Shown piece by piece: positions 1 to 10,219 of a stretch of DNA of 64,000 nt. Under the pieces are notes generated by a model. The model did not search any database. It was not told the origin of the DNA and saw only the letters and a list, made by a program, of their open reading frames with translations. The DNA is from an uncultured bacterium (GTDB lineage Bacteria > Acidobacteriota > HRBIN11 > JAKEFK01). A program made the position numbers and the translations under genes. The stretch lies in NCBI GenBank assembly GCA_963777505.1, contig CAVZQN010000001.1, positions 640,001 through 704,000 on the forward strand, written 5' to 3'. The stretch's first letter is position 1. Every line of letters starts with the position of its first letter.

Positions 1-1887
1 TTCCTCGAGATTTGCGAAGAACTTAATTACGATCCATCAACGGGACATTTGAGCGATCCACCTTTGCCGCAGGAACCTACGTACACGCAGGCGAGTGAGT
101 TTTATGCGAAGTCTCATCAGAGAATGGTGCGGGCAAAACATTACATTGAAGGCTCAGCACAAATCGAAAGTATCATGCAAGCTGGTAAGGCGCTGTATGC
201 AGCGGGGAATTATCAACAATGTATCGAACAGATGAATATTATTCTTGCTTATTCACCGGGTCACGAACTTTCTGCCGAATACATTCAACAATGCCAACAT
301 CGAATCCGCGAGCAGGAAGAACTTCAAGAACGACGGCGATACATCATTCAGGCTGAACAGGAAATTATGAATTTTTTTCAGGCCGGCGATATCACAAACT
401 GTCACCGCGGCGCTCTAACGTTGTTAGGAATTGATCCTGAAAACGGCATTGCAAACAGTTATCTGAAAAAATGTGAAGAACGTCGTAGCCGCGAAGAACA
501 AGCATCCGAACGAAAACGCGAAATTGAAAGTTATCTCGAAAAAGCTCAAGAACTGTTTGATCAAAAGCATTTTGAAGAATGTGGGGAGATGTTGAACCAG
601 TGCGAAGCTATAGAGCCGCGTAACCCTGCAGTTCGTTCTTTGAGGGCCCGTTACCAAAATGCATTGCGTTCTGCAGAAAAGCGCGAAAAACAACAAAGTG
701 AATTTCTAGACACGATGAACCGTGCAATCAGCCTGCGTACGAAAGGTGAGTTGAACAAAGCACTTAATTTATTTCTGATCGCTCGGAAACTTCATCCCGA
801 TTCCCAGGATGTTGCAAGAGAAATTCAAGCAACTGAACAAGAAATTCGCTCCGGCGAGGAATATCGCGAAAAACTAGCGCGTCCTCGCTCTACATCAATT
901 TGGGTGTATCCCTTAATCCTGATTTTGTTACTCGCAGCCGGTCTTTATTTTTGGCCGAAGTCTAATGTCAGCAAAGATGAAACACAGAAAGTGATTTCAA
1001 CAGCGCGTGAACAAATGCAGAAGGGAGATCTGGAAGGCAGTCTTAAAACTCTTCAAGACTTCACTGCCAAGGAGCCCACGAATGCAGAAGCAAGAAACCT
1101 GCTTCAAGAAGTTAATAATCGGATAGCTCAAAAACAGACGGCCTCTCAAAAAGATCAAGTTGCCAAACTACTCGAAAATGCCCAGCGCGAAGAACAACAA
1201 AAAAACTATCAGAAAGCAATCGGATATTATGAAGACATTCTCAAAATTGATCCGTTGAATGAACAAGCACAAAACGGATTAACAAACGCAAGAGTTGAAC
1301 TTGCAAATACTACGAGCCGTGAAAAGCTTCAAGAGGAAATCGATCGAGCTTATAGTCAAGCGAGGAAAGATTTCGACCAACGCAAATATGCGAAAGCCAA
1401 ATTAGAACTGACTCAGATTCTTGCTCTGGAACCAGGAAATGCAAAAGCAAAAGCGTTGTTAGCTGAAGTGGAAAAGAAGCTTGAAGGGCCGCCAGTAGAG
1501 GTTCCTGATACTTCAGCCAAAATCAATTCTCTTCTGACTTCCGCTAGAAATGAAATTCAGAGGAAAAACTATGATCGAGCCAAAGCCGCATTAGCTGAAC
1601 TTGCCAAGTTAGATCCAAATCATCCTCAATTGGGGCCGCTGCGCAAAACGATCGAACAAGAAACATCGGGCCCTCGATATGGGTCCATTACAATTAATTG
1701 TGAACCGTTTGGAAATGCTTTTCTTGATGGTCAGCCGATTGGCGAGACACCGATTCCCTTGCGAAAGATTCTTGTTGGACAGCATGTGATCAGTGTAAAA
1801 AGGCCCGGGTTTAAAGAGGTATCAAAAACAATTAATGTACAGGAAGATACCGTCCAACATTTGCAGTTTGCTTTAGAAAAGGAATGA
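1..1887 (+). CDS. TPR-repeat membrane-anchored protein with C-terminal PEGA domain (5' truncated by window edge)
   Basis: Frame is open from position 1. Many TPR-like helical repeats, one TM segment (IWVYPLILILLLAAGLYFW) and a C-terminal PEGA-like segment (LDGQPIGETP...GQHVISVKRPGF). Confidence 0.8.
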   Translation, partial: FLEICEELNYDPSTGHLSDPPLPQEPTYTQASEFYAKSHQRMVRAKHYIEGSAQIESIMQAGKALYAAGNYQQCIEQMNIILAYSPGHELSAEYIQQCQHRIREQEELQERRRYIIQAEQEIMNFFQAGDITNCHRGALTLLGIDPENGIANSYLKKCEERRSREEQASERKREIESYLEKAQELFDQKHFEECGEMLNQCEAIEPRNPAVRSLRARYQNALRSAEKREKQQSEFLDTMNRAISLRTKGELNKALNLFLIARKLHPDSQDVAREIQATEQEIRSGEEYREKLARPRSTSIWVYPLILILLLAAGLYFWPKSNVSKDETQKVISTAREQMQKGDLEGSLKTLQDFTAKEPTNAEARNLLQEVNNRIAQKQTASQKDQVAKLLENAQREEQQKNYQKAIGYYEDILKIDPLNEQAQNGLTNARVELANTTSREKLQEEIDRAYSQARKDFDQRKYAKAKLELTQILALEPGNAKAKALLAEVEKKLEGPPVEVPDTSAKINSLLTSARNEIQRKNYDRAKAALAELAKLDPNHPQLGPLRKTIEQETSGPRYGSITINCEPFGNAFLDGQPIGETPIPLRKILVGQHVISVKRPGFKEVSKTINVQEDTVQHLQFALEKE

Positions 1888-1888
1888 A

Positions 1889-2521
1889 TCAATCCACCAG
1901 GTGATTTTGAATCGCATAACGGATGAGTTCTGCATCTGTCTTCATATTCATTTTTTCAAGAATACGCGTGCGGTATGTATTTACCGTACTGACACTTAAA
2001 AATAGCTCACCGGAAATTTCTTTTACGGTTTTGCCGCTGGCGATCAAACATAACACCTGATATTCACGATCAGACAGTGATTCGTGGGGAGGTCGATCCG
2101 ATGCAAGATCCAGCTCAGTCGCTAATTTCTCCGCTAGCGTTGGACTAACATATTTTCGTCCCTGTATTACCTTTCTTAGAGCCAGGATCAGCTCCTGAGC
2201 CGCGCCTTCTTTCGTAACGTAGCCGGCAGCTCCGGCCTTTAACGCGCGCACCGCGAAACGATCTTCAGGATGCATACTCAAAATAAGGACAGGAAGTTGA
2301 GGATAATCTAGCTTGATATCCTTAAGCAGTTCTAATCCACTTTTTCCCGGAAGTGAGATATCGAGTATGACTACATCAACCTCGTGTTTCTTTAAACCTT
2401 CAAATAGCTCACGTCCGTCCCCTGCTTCACACACAACATTCATATCGGGAGCTTCTTTAAGAATTTTTTTAAGACCTTCTCTGATTAGAACATGATCATC
2501 TGCAATGAGTAGTTTTGTCAT
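1889..2521 (-). CDS. NarL/UvrY-family DNA-binding response regulator
   Basis: Receiver domain (LIADDH, LDISLPG) plus LuxR HTH (LSDREYQVL...STVNTYR). Confidence 0.95.
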   Translation of the reverse strand: MTKLLIADDHVLIREGLKKILKEAPDMNVVCEAGDGRELFEGLKKHEVDVVILDISLPGKSGLELLKDIKLDYPQLPVLILSMHPEDRFAVRALKAGAAGYVTKEGAAQELILALRKVIQGRKYVSPTLAEKLATELDLASDRPPHESLSDREYQVLCLIASGKTVKEISGELFLSVSTVNTYRTRILEKMNMKTDAELIRYAIQNHLVD

Positions 2522-2534
2522 ATGTCCCTACATC

Positions 2535-4736
2535 CTATCTCGTATCCGTTTTAATCGGAACTCGCACTTTGACGGATGTCCCGTTTCCGGGTGAGCCACT
2601 TACTTCCACATCTCCCCCCAGAAACAAAGCCCGTTCACGCATACCCAAAAGTCCGAATGAACGACTTTTGGAAAGATCGTCCATCGTTACCCCGCGGCCA
2701 TTATCCTTTACTTCCATGATTAACTCGCCATTGTGTCTCGTTAAGAAAATATCCACCTGACTTGCACCAGAATGACGTGCAACATTTGTTAATGCTTCTT
2801 GCAAAATCCGGAAAATTGCAGTTTCGCTCTCACGGTCAGTGACATCAATAAAATCCATTGTGGGATCCAATTTGCATTCAATACCAGATCGAGACTGGAA
2901 TTCTTGTGCCTGCCATTCGATTGCAGATCTTAATCCGAGATGATCTAAAACTTCAGGTCTAAGCTCAGTAACGATCTTTCGTACTGATTTGATCGTTGCA
3001 TCCACTTTTTTCGTCATTGACTTAATTTCGTCATGCAGTAGACGCCGCGGCAAAACGGCGCTGGATTCAAGCAATTTATGACTTAAGAGTGAGAGATCCA
3101 TTTTTAAGGCTGTTAAAACTTGCCCGAGTTCATCATGAACTTCACGTGCAATTCTTGTCCGCTCTTCTTCACGAATGAATTGAAGGTGAGCTGATAAAGC
3201 GCGCATTTGTTCCCTCGATGCACGCAACTGTTCATCGGCTCTCTTCCGATCTGTTATGTCCTGAGAAGTACCCACCATTTTTTGAGGTTTCCCATCCGAA
3301 CCAACGACTACTTCGCCTCGTCCCTGAAGATAACGAATCTCGCCATCGGGCCAGACAATTCGATATTCGATACTAAAAGGACGTTGTGCGCGTCTTATTT
3401 CTTCGAGCGTTGGGAGGTCTTCCGGATGCACTCTCTCTAATATTTTTTCGCTCGAAATCTGCTCCGCTGGATCGAAGCCAAAAATACGATACATTTCCTG
3501 GGACCAACTTATTGAATTCGAATCAATATCAAATTCCCAACTCCCTATTTGTGCAATTCGCTGAGCAGATTGAAGTTGCATTTCATTTCGCCGCAATTTG
3601 TCTGCAGCCATCTTCTCTTTCGTAATATCGCGCACAATTTTTGAAATCCCAACCACTTCTCCTGCTTTGTTTCTGATAGGCGAAACTGTAAGGGAAACAT
3701 CTATTCGTGTACCATCTCTTCGAAGTCGAACAGTCTCCAAATTTCCTACAGCGCCACCTTCCTTCAAAAGTTCCATATTCAAACTATGTTCCAGTTTTTT
3801 ATCATCAGGCACAATGATACTGATATGAGATCCTAATATTTCAGCTGCGGTATGTCCGAACATGAATTCTGCGGATGGATTCCAACTTAAAATGATTCCA
3901 TCCAAAGATACACTGATGATCGCATCGTCAGAATACTGCACAATACTTGCAAGCTGAGAAGATAGCACTTCTGATTCTTTTCTTTGTATGGCGGTTCCAA
4001 GCATATTCGCAACTGTTTGCAAGAAATTCACTTCATCCTGATTGAATTCTCTCGATTTTTTTGTGTGCGCTCCGAGCACTCCAAATGGTTTATCGTGTCC
4101 CAGAATTACAACATTAACTCCGCTGTCAATTCCTAGATCCAACAAATATGGTGCCGGCTTAAATCTGTTTTCGTTCCTTAAATTCGAATAAAGGAGTGGA
4201 TCTTTTTTTTCTAACGTAAAACCGGCATTTCCACCGCTATCAAGTGAACGAGTTTCTGAAACTTCAACAGGCCAACCGGAAAAAGCGCGAAGGTTAAGTG
4301 ATTTTCGATCTGCCGAAGTTTCAACAATGTCACAAAACTCAACATCCAGAATTTGTGAAATCAAGAAGCAAGATTCTCTCATAAGCCCATCAAGATCTGC
4401 GCCACTCAGCGCACGCTGTCCGAGCTCAGCAATAACGCCATGCTGCAAGACTTGTCTTGCGAGTTGATCATCACTCTTTTGTAATGATGAGGATATCTCG
4501 AAGAGCACCTCATCCGTTTTTTCTAGAGCGGATGAAATTGAGTCGTAGGCATCATCGCGCTTCCTAAGAACAGAATTAACCTTGCTTAGTTCACCTTCGG
4601 CATCTTTTAATGCACTGGATACCTTGTTCAGTTCACTAGCTGTTCTTTCTATCTCAGAGGATGCACGTAGGATTTCCTGCTCTTTCGATTCCAACAGCTT
4701 GCGGCCTGCTATAAGATTCCGCAAAAATCGTAACAT
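2535..4736 (-). CDS. Cytoplasmic GAF-PAS-PAS sensor histidine kinase (HisKA_3 type)
   Basis: EEERTRIAREVHDELGQ H-box, QEALTNVARH, DNGRG and GLLGMRER motifs; GAF and two PAS/PAC domains; no TM segment. Confidence 0.93.
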   Translation of the reverse strand: MLRFLRNLIAGRKLLESKEQEILRASSEIERTASELNKVSSALKDAEGELSKVNSVLRKRDDAYDSISSALEKTDEVLFEISSSLQKSDDQLARQVLQHGVIAELGQRALSGADLDGLMRESCFLISQILDVEFCDIVETSADRKSLNLRAFSGWPVEVSETRSLDSGGNAGFTLEKKDPLLYSNLRNENRFKPAPYLLDLGIDSGVNVVILGHDKPFGVLGAHTKKSREFNQDEVNFLQTVANMLGTAIQRKESEVLSSQLASIVQYSDDAIISVSLDGIILSWNPSAEFMFGHTAAEILGSHISIIVPDDKKLEHSLNMELLKEGGAVGNLETVRLRRDGTRIDVSLTVSPIRNKAGEVVGISKIVRDITKEKMAADKLRRNEMQLQSAQRIAQIGSWEFDIDSNSISWSQEMYRIFGFDPAEQISSEKILERVHPEDLPTLEEIRRAQRPFSIEYRIVWPDGEIRYLQGRGEVVVGSDGKPQKMVGTSQDITDRKRADEQLRASREQMRALSAHLQFIREEERTRIAREVHDELGQVLTALKMDLSLLSHKLLESSAVLPRRLLHDEIKSMTKKVDATIKSVRKIVTELRPEVLDHLGLRSAIEWQAQEFQSRSGIECKLDPTMDFIDVTDRESETAIFRILQEALTNVARHSGASQVDIFLTRHNGELIMEVKDNGRGVTMDDLSKSRSFGLLGMRERALFLGGDVEVSGSPGNGTSVKVRVPIKTDTR

Positions 4737-4745
4737 GCATACAAT

Positions 4746-5603
4746 TTAACCATTGGCACAAAGAACACGCAAAGAGCTACGTTGCGTTTTGAGTTTAGAA
4801 AGCGCACGACATTGAATCTGACGAATTCGTTCTCTCGAAAGTCCAAGACGATGCCCGATTTCCTTCAATGTCCGGGGATGATCGTCGTCCAGTCCATATC
4901 GCAAACGTAAAACGGTTTCTTCGGTATTGTTTAAGTCGCTGAGAGCCATATGAACGCTTTTCCGCGCAGATTCGCGCATGAGATTTTGTTCAACTGTGTC
5001 ATCCGTTCCTTGCGAAAAAACCTCTTCAAGTGCACGTGCTTGTTCTGCACTGGCTGGATGATTTAAAGAAATTGCCTGGCCACCGGCGTCCATAATTTCA
5101 CGCAAATCATCGGCAGGAACACCCAATTCTGCTGCAATCTCCTTGACTGTCGGTCTACGGCTTAGCTGCTCTTCCTGTTTCATCGCAGTTAAACCTGCCC
5201 GATACAGCATATAGTTGACCTTTGCAGGCAAACGTACAGGGTGACCGAGGTTAGAAATGGCTGTCACAAGGGCTTGTCGGATCCACCAAACAGCGTAAGA
5301 AATGAACCGAACATTTTTGGTAGGATCATAACGACGAGCAGCTTCAATTAGTCCCATATTTCCTTCATGAATAAGATCTAAAAATGATACTCCGGCACCT
5401 CGATAGTTCTTTGCAATTTTTACAACAAATCTCAAATTGGCTTCTACTAAACGACGAAAAGCCTCTTCATCGCCCATTTTCTGAATTCTCGCTCCAAGAG
5501 CCTTTTCTTCGTCACCTGTCAGCAATGGAGTCAACGAAATTTCCCTCAAATACACCCCAAGTGTTTCACGTCCTTGTTTTGCTTTAGTTTCTTTAGAATA
5601 CAT
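4746..5603 (-). CDS. Alternative sigma-70 factor (RpoD/RpoS-like, no region 1.1)
   Basis: YLREI region 1.2, ANLRFVV, DLIHEGNMGL, FISYAVWWIRQ, region 4 TLKEIG...SRERIRQI. Confidence 0.92.
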   Translation of the reverse strand: MYSKETKAKQGRETLGVYLREISLTPLLTGDEEKALGARIQKMGDEEAFRRLVEANLRFVVKIAKNYRGAGVSFLDLIHEGNMGLIEAARRYDPTKNVRFISYAVWWIRQALVTAISNLGHPVRLPAKVNYMLYRAGLTAMKQEEQLSRRPTVKEIAAELGVPADDLREIMDAGGQAISLNHPASAEQARALEEVFSQGTDDTVEQNLMRESARKSVHMALSDLNNTEETVLRLRYGLDDDHPRTLKEIGHRLGLSRERIRQIQCRALSKLKTQRSSLRVLCANG

Positions 5604-5793
5604 GTGGCACCTCAGAATCTAGAAGTTTTTGTGTAGGATAGTGTCGATTTCACCGATATCAGAATACGGAATTGGGATACTCGTAGGTATCAGCAGAACA
5701 ATCAATTGTGTGTCGTTAAAATTGCTACGTCCCCTCGTAAAACCATCTAAATATTGCGATTAACAACCGCAACATGTATCTTTATCCTCTGCA

Positions 5794-6990
5794 ATGAAAT
5801 CATTCTGGTTTTTCTTTCTTATTATTGTTGCCCTGCTGCTTTTGATGCAGGTTTACCTCGGCAGAAGCGTTCATTTGTGGTTATTAACGTTACCTATCTC
5901 GACAGTAAAACGCGTCTGGATTGAGCGTATCTTGATTGCCTTGCTAATTTACTTCAACTTGTCAATTCCTCTAAGAATCCTTATCAGAATGTCAACAAAT
6001 ATTGACCTCACATTTTTAAAAAATCTGTTCGTTATTCCGGGAACCACCTGGCTCATCACGATGATGATGATGGTGTTCTTTTTTTTGGCGAAAGATGCAG
6101 CGGGTTGGTTCTTATCGTTATTTAAAAATGAAACTGTAGATTTGAGCCGGCGTGCCTTCTTACAAGCGGCCGGGGCAGTCAGTATCGGCGCACCGCTTGT
6201 AATAACTGGATACGGCGCTCTAAAAACGTCTCGTGATTACGACATCAAAAAAGTCACTATTCCATTTGCGAATCTGCCCAGCGCTTTTGATGGTTTCACA
6301 ATTGCTCAAATCAGCGACATCCATTCGGGTGCTTTTATGGATGAAAAGGAAATGCTGAAAATTCGCGAGCTGATGGATGCACAACATCCACAAATTGCAG
6401 TTATGACCGGTGACCTGGTCGATACACTTGCTAAAGAAATTGAACCGGTAGCACGCGTATTTTCAAAACTGAAAACAGAGTATGGGATCTTCGGTTGCAT
6501 GGGCAATCATGATGTGTTTGATGATTATCGGGTTATTTCTTTCGCAATGAAAGATTCAGGAATTCAAATGCTTGAAAACTCCAATCATGTTTTACGCCTC
6601 AATGGCGATGAACTCAATTTACTGGGAATTAACGATGCAGGAAAACGTCGCAATCTTTCCGATTTGAAAAAGAGTTTGCAAGGAATTGATCCTGATGGAT
6701 TTAAGTTACTGCTTTCGCACAGGCCTGAATTTTTCGATAGCGCGGTTAAGGGTGGAATCGACTTGCAATTATCCGGGCATACACATGGCGGACAGATTGG
6801 TCTGAGTTTATTTGGACTTAACCTCGCCCCAACACAATTGTTTCAGGATTATGTCAAAGGTCTGTATCAAAAAGGAAAATCGAAATTGTATGTAAATCCA
6901 GGAGTGGGGATGGTTTTTGCTCCGGTAAGAATTGGAGTACGTCCTGAGATTACTTTGATTACTCTTCGTTCTTTACCGATTCACGGTTGA
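5794..6990 (+). CDS. Membrane-anchored metallophosphoesterase (YkuE-like)
   Basis: SDIH, GDLVD, GNHD, SHRP and GHTHGGQ motifs; N-terminal TM helices. Confidence 0.92.
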   Translation: MKSFWFFFLIIVALLLLMQVYLGRSVHLWLLTLPISTVKRVWIERILIALLIYFNLSIPLRILIRMSTNIDLTFLKNLFVIPGTTWLITMMMMVFFFLAKDAAGWFLSLFKNETVDLSRRAFLQAAGAVSIGAPLVITGYGALKTSRDYDIKKVTIPFANLPSAFDGFTIAQISDIHSGAFMDEKEMLKIRELMDAQHPQIAVMTGDLVDTLAKEIEPVARVFSKLKTEYGIFGCMGNHDVFDDYRVISFAMKDSGIQMLENSNHVLRLNGDELNLLGINDAGKRRNLSDLKKSLQGIDPDGFKLLLSHRPEFFDSAVKGGIDLQLSGHTHGGQIGLSLFGLNLAPTQLFQDYVKGLYQKGKSKLYVNPGVGMVFAPVRIGVRPEITLITLRSLPIHG

Positions 6991-7492
6991 AATTCCACGC
7001 AGAAAAGAATTCTCGGAATTTAGGATCTTCGCACAATGCTTTATTCAATCCGTAATACATTCTGACAAGATCATCAGTCTTTCGAATTTTTGAATTCAGA
7101 TTTCGTGCGAGTGACTCCCAAAGCTTTTCAGAGATTTCTGTACTGCTGGAAAGTAAAGCTTTAAAGTCAGCCCTGGTTAAGGTAACCACTGAAGTACGTT
7201 CTTCAGCTTCCACTGTTGCAACTGCGGCATGATCGTCGATTAAAGACATCTCACCGAAAAATTCACCGGGACCAAGCTTTGCTACTTCAATTTGTTCCTG
7301 TCCGAAAGAGAGAAAGATTCTGACTCTTCCCGTTACAATGATGAAAACAGAAATCCCAACAATTCCTTCTTCAATGATGTGCGTGCCGGGCTCGAAGCTT
7401 TCTTCCCTGAGTAATCCTTTGATCAGAGTTAGCTGCCGGTCTTCTAAATGCGAAAATAAGGATACGTTTTGTAGAAAGTCATCATCGATCAT
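6959..7492 (-). CDS. Cyclic-nucleotide-binding domain protein
   Basis: GRVRI...LGPGEFFGEMSL...ATVEA cNMP signature; no HTH. Confidence 0.85.
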   Translation of the reverse strand: MIDDDFLQNVSLFSHLEDRQLTLIKGLLREESFEPGTHIIEEGIVGISVFIIVTGRVRIFLSFGQEQIEVAKLGPGEFFGEMSLIDDHAAVATVEAEERTSVVTLTRADFKALLSSSTEISEKLWESLARNLNSKIRKTDDLVRMYYGLNKALCEDPKFREFFSAWNFNRESVKNEE

Positions 7493-7500
7493 GGGCAAGA

Positions 7501-8145
7501 TTATATCCCCTGTCGCGATAGTTCACCAAGAATACCTGATAGCTGTTTGATATTCTCAATAGCATGATGACCGTCGTCTACAGGTTTTCCATCGCCAATA
7601 AGAACTGTGTTCATTCCCATTTCGCGAGCAGGTTTCAAGTTTCTTTCCATATCATCAATTAATAACACTTCATTGGGTTGTAAACTCAAATAGTTGATGG
7701 CGGTGCGATATGGTTCAGGATTTGGTTTCGGGATAAAGCCCATAGCTTCAATGTCAAAGATTCTTTCAAATTGATCACGGACTGCAAGAGCGTCCAAAAC
7801 ACGGTTGGCATGTTTCATATCGCTGTTGGTGAAAATTAATTTTCGCGCACGAACCTGATCAAGCGTCATTCTTAATTCTTCATCCGCTGAAATGAATTCA
7901 TGCACAGGTACATCATGCACATAATCCAAAAAATCTCGAGGATTAACGTTATGATGAAGCATCAATCCACGCAAAGTAGTTCCATATTTAACGAAATAAT
8001 TGTTTCGAAAATCATTTACATCCATTGGAGAAACTTGAAGATTTGCAATAAGCCAATCGTTCATCCTCTGGTCAATTAAATCGAAAATGCCGCAGCTTTC
8101 GGAATAGAGCGTATTATCCAAATCAAATAAAATTGCCTTCAACAT
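7501..8145 (-). CDS. HAD-family pyrimidine 5'-nucleotidase-like hydrolase
   Basis: FDLDNTLY, YGTTLRGL, FTNS, KP and IDD motifs. Confidence 0.88.
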   Translation of the reverse strand: MLKAILFDLDNTLYSESCGIFDLIDQRMNDWLIANLQVSPMDVNDFRNNYFVKYGTTLRGLMLHHNVNPRDFLDYVHDVPVHEFISADEELRMTLDQVRARKLIFTNSDMKHANRVLDALAVRDQFERIFDIEAMGFIPKPNPEPYRTAINYLSLQPNEVLLIDDMERNLKPAREMGMNTVLIGDGKPVDDGHHAIENIKQLSGILGELSRQGI

Positions 8146-8156
8146 TTTTTACCTTT

Positions 8157-8280
8157 TTTGTAGTAAGGTACGCAGTTCGGACGCATGTATGCGGCCGAAC
8201 AGTACCGTGAAAAGCAATGGCGCTGCTTCTCTTGCTTGCGGCACTGCTTCGCTCCGCTCAGCTGCGTGCCTTACTACAAA
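8157..8280. repeat. REP/MITE-like palindromic element, family A copy 1
   Basis: Terminal inverted repeats TTTGTAGTAAGGTACGCAG / CTGCGTGCCTTACTACAAA; homologous copies at 35892 and 49179. Confidence 0.85.
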
Positions 8281-8285
8281 CATCT

Positions 8286-9314
8286 TTATAGCCTGACTGT
8301 TGGATTATCCGTCTCAAGACAGGCTTGAATATTTCTGTATAGTCTTGAAACTAGATCTTTTTGATGGTCTAAAGTTGCATTTGCAATTGTTATCAGTTGA
8401 TTGTTAAAAACGATTAATTCCAAATAATTTGCTAAGTTATTGCAACGCCGTGAAAGACGGATTCCTTGTTCGAGCACATTATCAACAACTTCAAGATCTT
8501 CCATCGCAGGAATCATGTCTCGAACATTTTCGGACAGGTCTGCCAACAGCTTTAAACTATCCTCAACCATCCGCATTGCATCTTCGAGTTTGTTGATCCA
8601 CTCCCTATGATCCTGGCTATAATCAGAATTCTCCCGAATATTTTGTTCAAAATTGTTGGCGTGTATCCGAACCGATTTATAGAATTCATCTAACCGCGAA
8701 TGTACCTGCGAAAGAATCGTCCATTCTTTAAGCGGCTGCAAGCTTATTTCAAGTACTGATGATCCAATTCCGATTTTGTCACCCGGGTTAATTAAAACGC
8801 CATCATCAACATATTTTTCATTCACCCTCACATGAACTCCTGGTTTTGCGAAATCTATTTTCCAGTGACGATCTTTGCGAGTTAGGTTTAGATGACGTCC
8901 CGATACGCTCGGATCATCGATTGGAATATGATTTTCTTGCAAGCTTCGACCAATTTTGAGAAAGGGCTGGCTAATGAGAAGCCTCTGACGAATCACACTG
9001 GCTGGATCTTGAACAATGATTTCGGGTAAAGAGGGCGGCGCATTCACAAAGAAAACGATGGTATAAGCATCGAGCCTGATATAGTCTCCAGTTTTCAATT
9101 CTTTTCTTTGAATTTTTTCACCATTAACGTAAGTGGAGTTTGCGCTTCCAAGATCTTCGGCACACCAAATGCCATTTGCATCAAAAATGCGTAGATGGCT
9201 TTTTGAAACCGTAGGAAAATTTAGTTGAAGATCTGCCTCTGGAGAACGCCCAATGACAACCTCTTTTTCAATTGGGTATTCAACTCGCAGGGTTTTGTTT
9301 ATAAGGATTGCCAT
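8286..9314 (-). CDS. Tandem FHA-domain protein with helical C-terminus
   Basis: Two FHA motifs (IGRS...VSKSH...DLGSANSTYVNG; IGRS...VSGRH). Confidence 0.85.
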   Translation of the reverse strand: MAILINKTLRVEYPIEKEVVIGRSPEADLQLNFPTVSKSHLRIFDANGIWCAEDLGSANSTYVNGEKIQRKELKTGDYIRLDAYTIVFFVNAPPSLPEIIVQDPASVIRQRLLISQPFLKIGRSLQENHIPIDDPSVSGRHLNLTRKDRHWKIDFAKPGVHVRVNEKYVDDGVLINPGDKIGIGSSVLEISLQPLKEWTILSQVHSRLDEFYKSVRIHANNFEQNIRENSDYSQDHREWINKLEDAMRMVEDSLKLLADLSENVRDMIPAMEDLEVVDNVLEQGIRLSRRCNNLANYLELIVFNNQLITIANATLDHQKDLVSRLYRNIQACLETDNPTVRL

Positions 9315-9349
9315 TGGGATCTATTTTAACCATCTTTGTGTCCGTGTAG

Positions 9350-10180
9350 TTAAACAACATCCGCAAATGTCCGTTCCATTCTGCGGAAGTACAAAGCCCC
9401 GGTTACAAGCAGGAACAAAGCAGCACCGGTTGAAACGGCAAGGATTGGCCCCAACGATTCAGGACGTCCCAGCAAGGCCCAACGGAAGCCTTCAACAACG
9501 CCAACCATCGGATTCACTCCGTACAGGGTGCGCCATGGTTCGGGTAACATACTGCTTGGGTACGCCACCGGCGTTGCGAAGAGCCAGAATTGTGTGAGAA
9601 ATGGAACAATGTATCTGACATCACGAAATTCAACATTTAAAGCTGATAACCATAATCCGGCTCCAAGTGCAGTAACAAGTGCAAGAAGAAAGAAAAATGG
9701 AATCACAAGACTTGCAAACCCAGGAACAACACCGTAATAGATCATCATTCCAAGAAGCACTGCAAACGCTATAACAAAATCCAAAGCTCCTGAAAGAACT
9801 GCAGACACAGGAATCACAAGCCGCGGGAAATAAACTTTGGTGATTAAGTGTTGACTGCCTACAAGACTATTTGAAGATTGAGAAAGTGCATTTGCAAAAA
9901 AGGTCCACGGCACTAGACCGGCAAATGCAAACAACGGGTATGGAAGTCCATCTGACGGCACTCCAGCAAGACGGCCGAAGAAAATACTAAATACAACCAT
10001 TGTGAAAAAAGGTTGAATTACTGCCCACGCAGCTCCAAGGACGGTTTGCTTATATCGAACCTTCAGATCGCGCCAGATCAGGAAGTAAAATAATTCTCGA
10101 AACTTCCAAAGTTCGCGGAAATGAATACCAACCCACCCTTTTACCGGTTGGATACGAGTGATGATTAGCGATTCATCCAT
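9350..10180 (-). CDS. wzm: ABC-2 polysaccharide export permease
   Basis: RDLKVRYKQTVLG, LITKVYFPR, FATPVAYP and NPM motifs typical of Wzm/RfbA. Confidence 0.88.
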   Translation of the reverse strand: MDESLIITRIQPVKGWVGIHFRELWKFRELFYFLIWRDLKVRYKQTVLGAAWAVIQPFFTMVVFSIFFGRLAGVPSDGLPYPLFAFAGLVPWTFFANALSQSSNSLVGSQHLITKVYFPRLVIPVSAVLSGALDFVIAFAVLLGMMIYYGVVPGFASLVIPFFFLLALVTALGAGLWLSALNVEFRDVRYIVPFLTQFWLFATPVAYPSSMLPEPWRTLYGVNPMVGVVEGFRWALLGRPESLGPILAVSTGAALFLLVTGALYFRRMERTFADVV

Positions 10181-10219
10181 TCCATCATTCCATCATCCAT
10201 CATCCAATAGTCCATTCTC

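Noticed and set aside
5604-5793. GTAGG/CTAC half-sites as NarL-type operators upstream of the sigma operon
   Set aside because: Too degenerate; no clear palindrome could be defined by eye.
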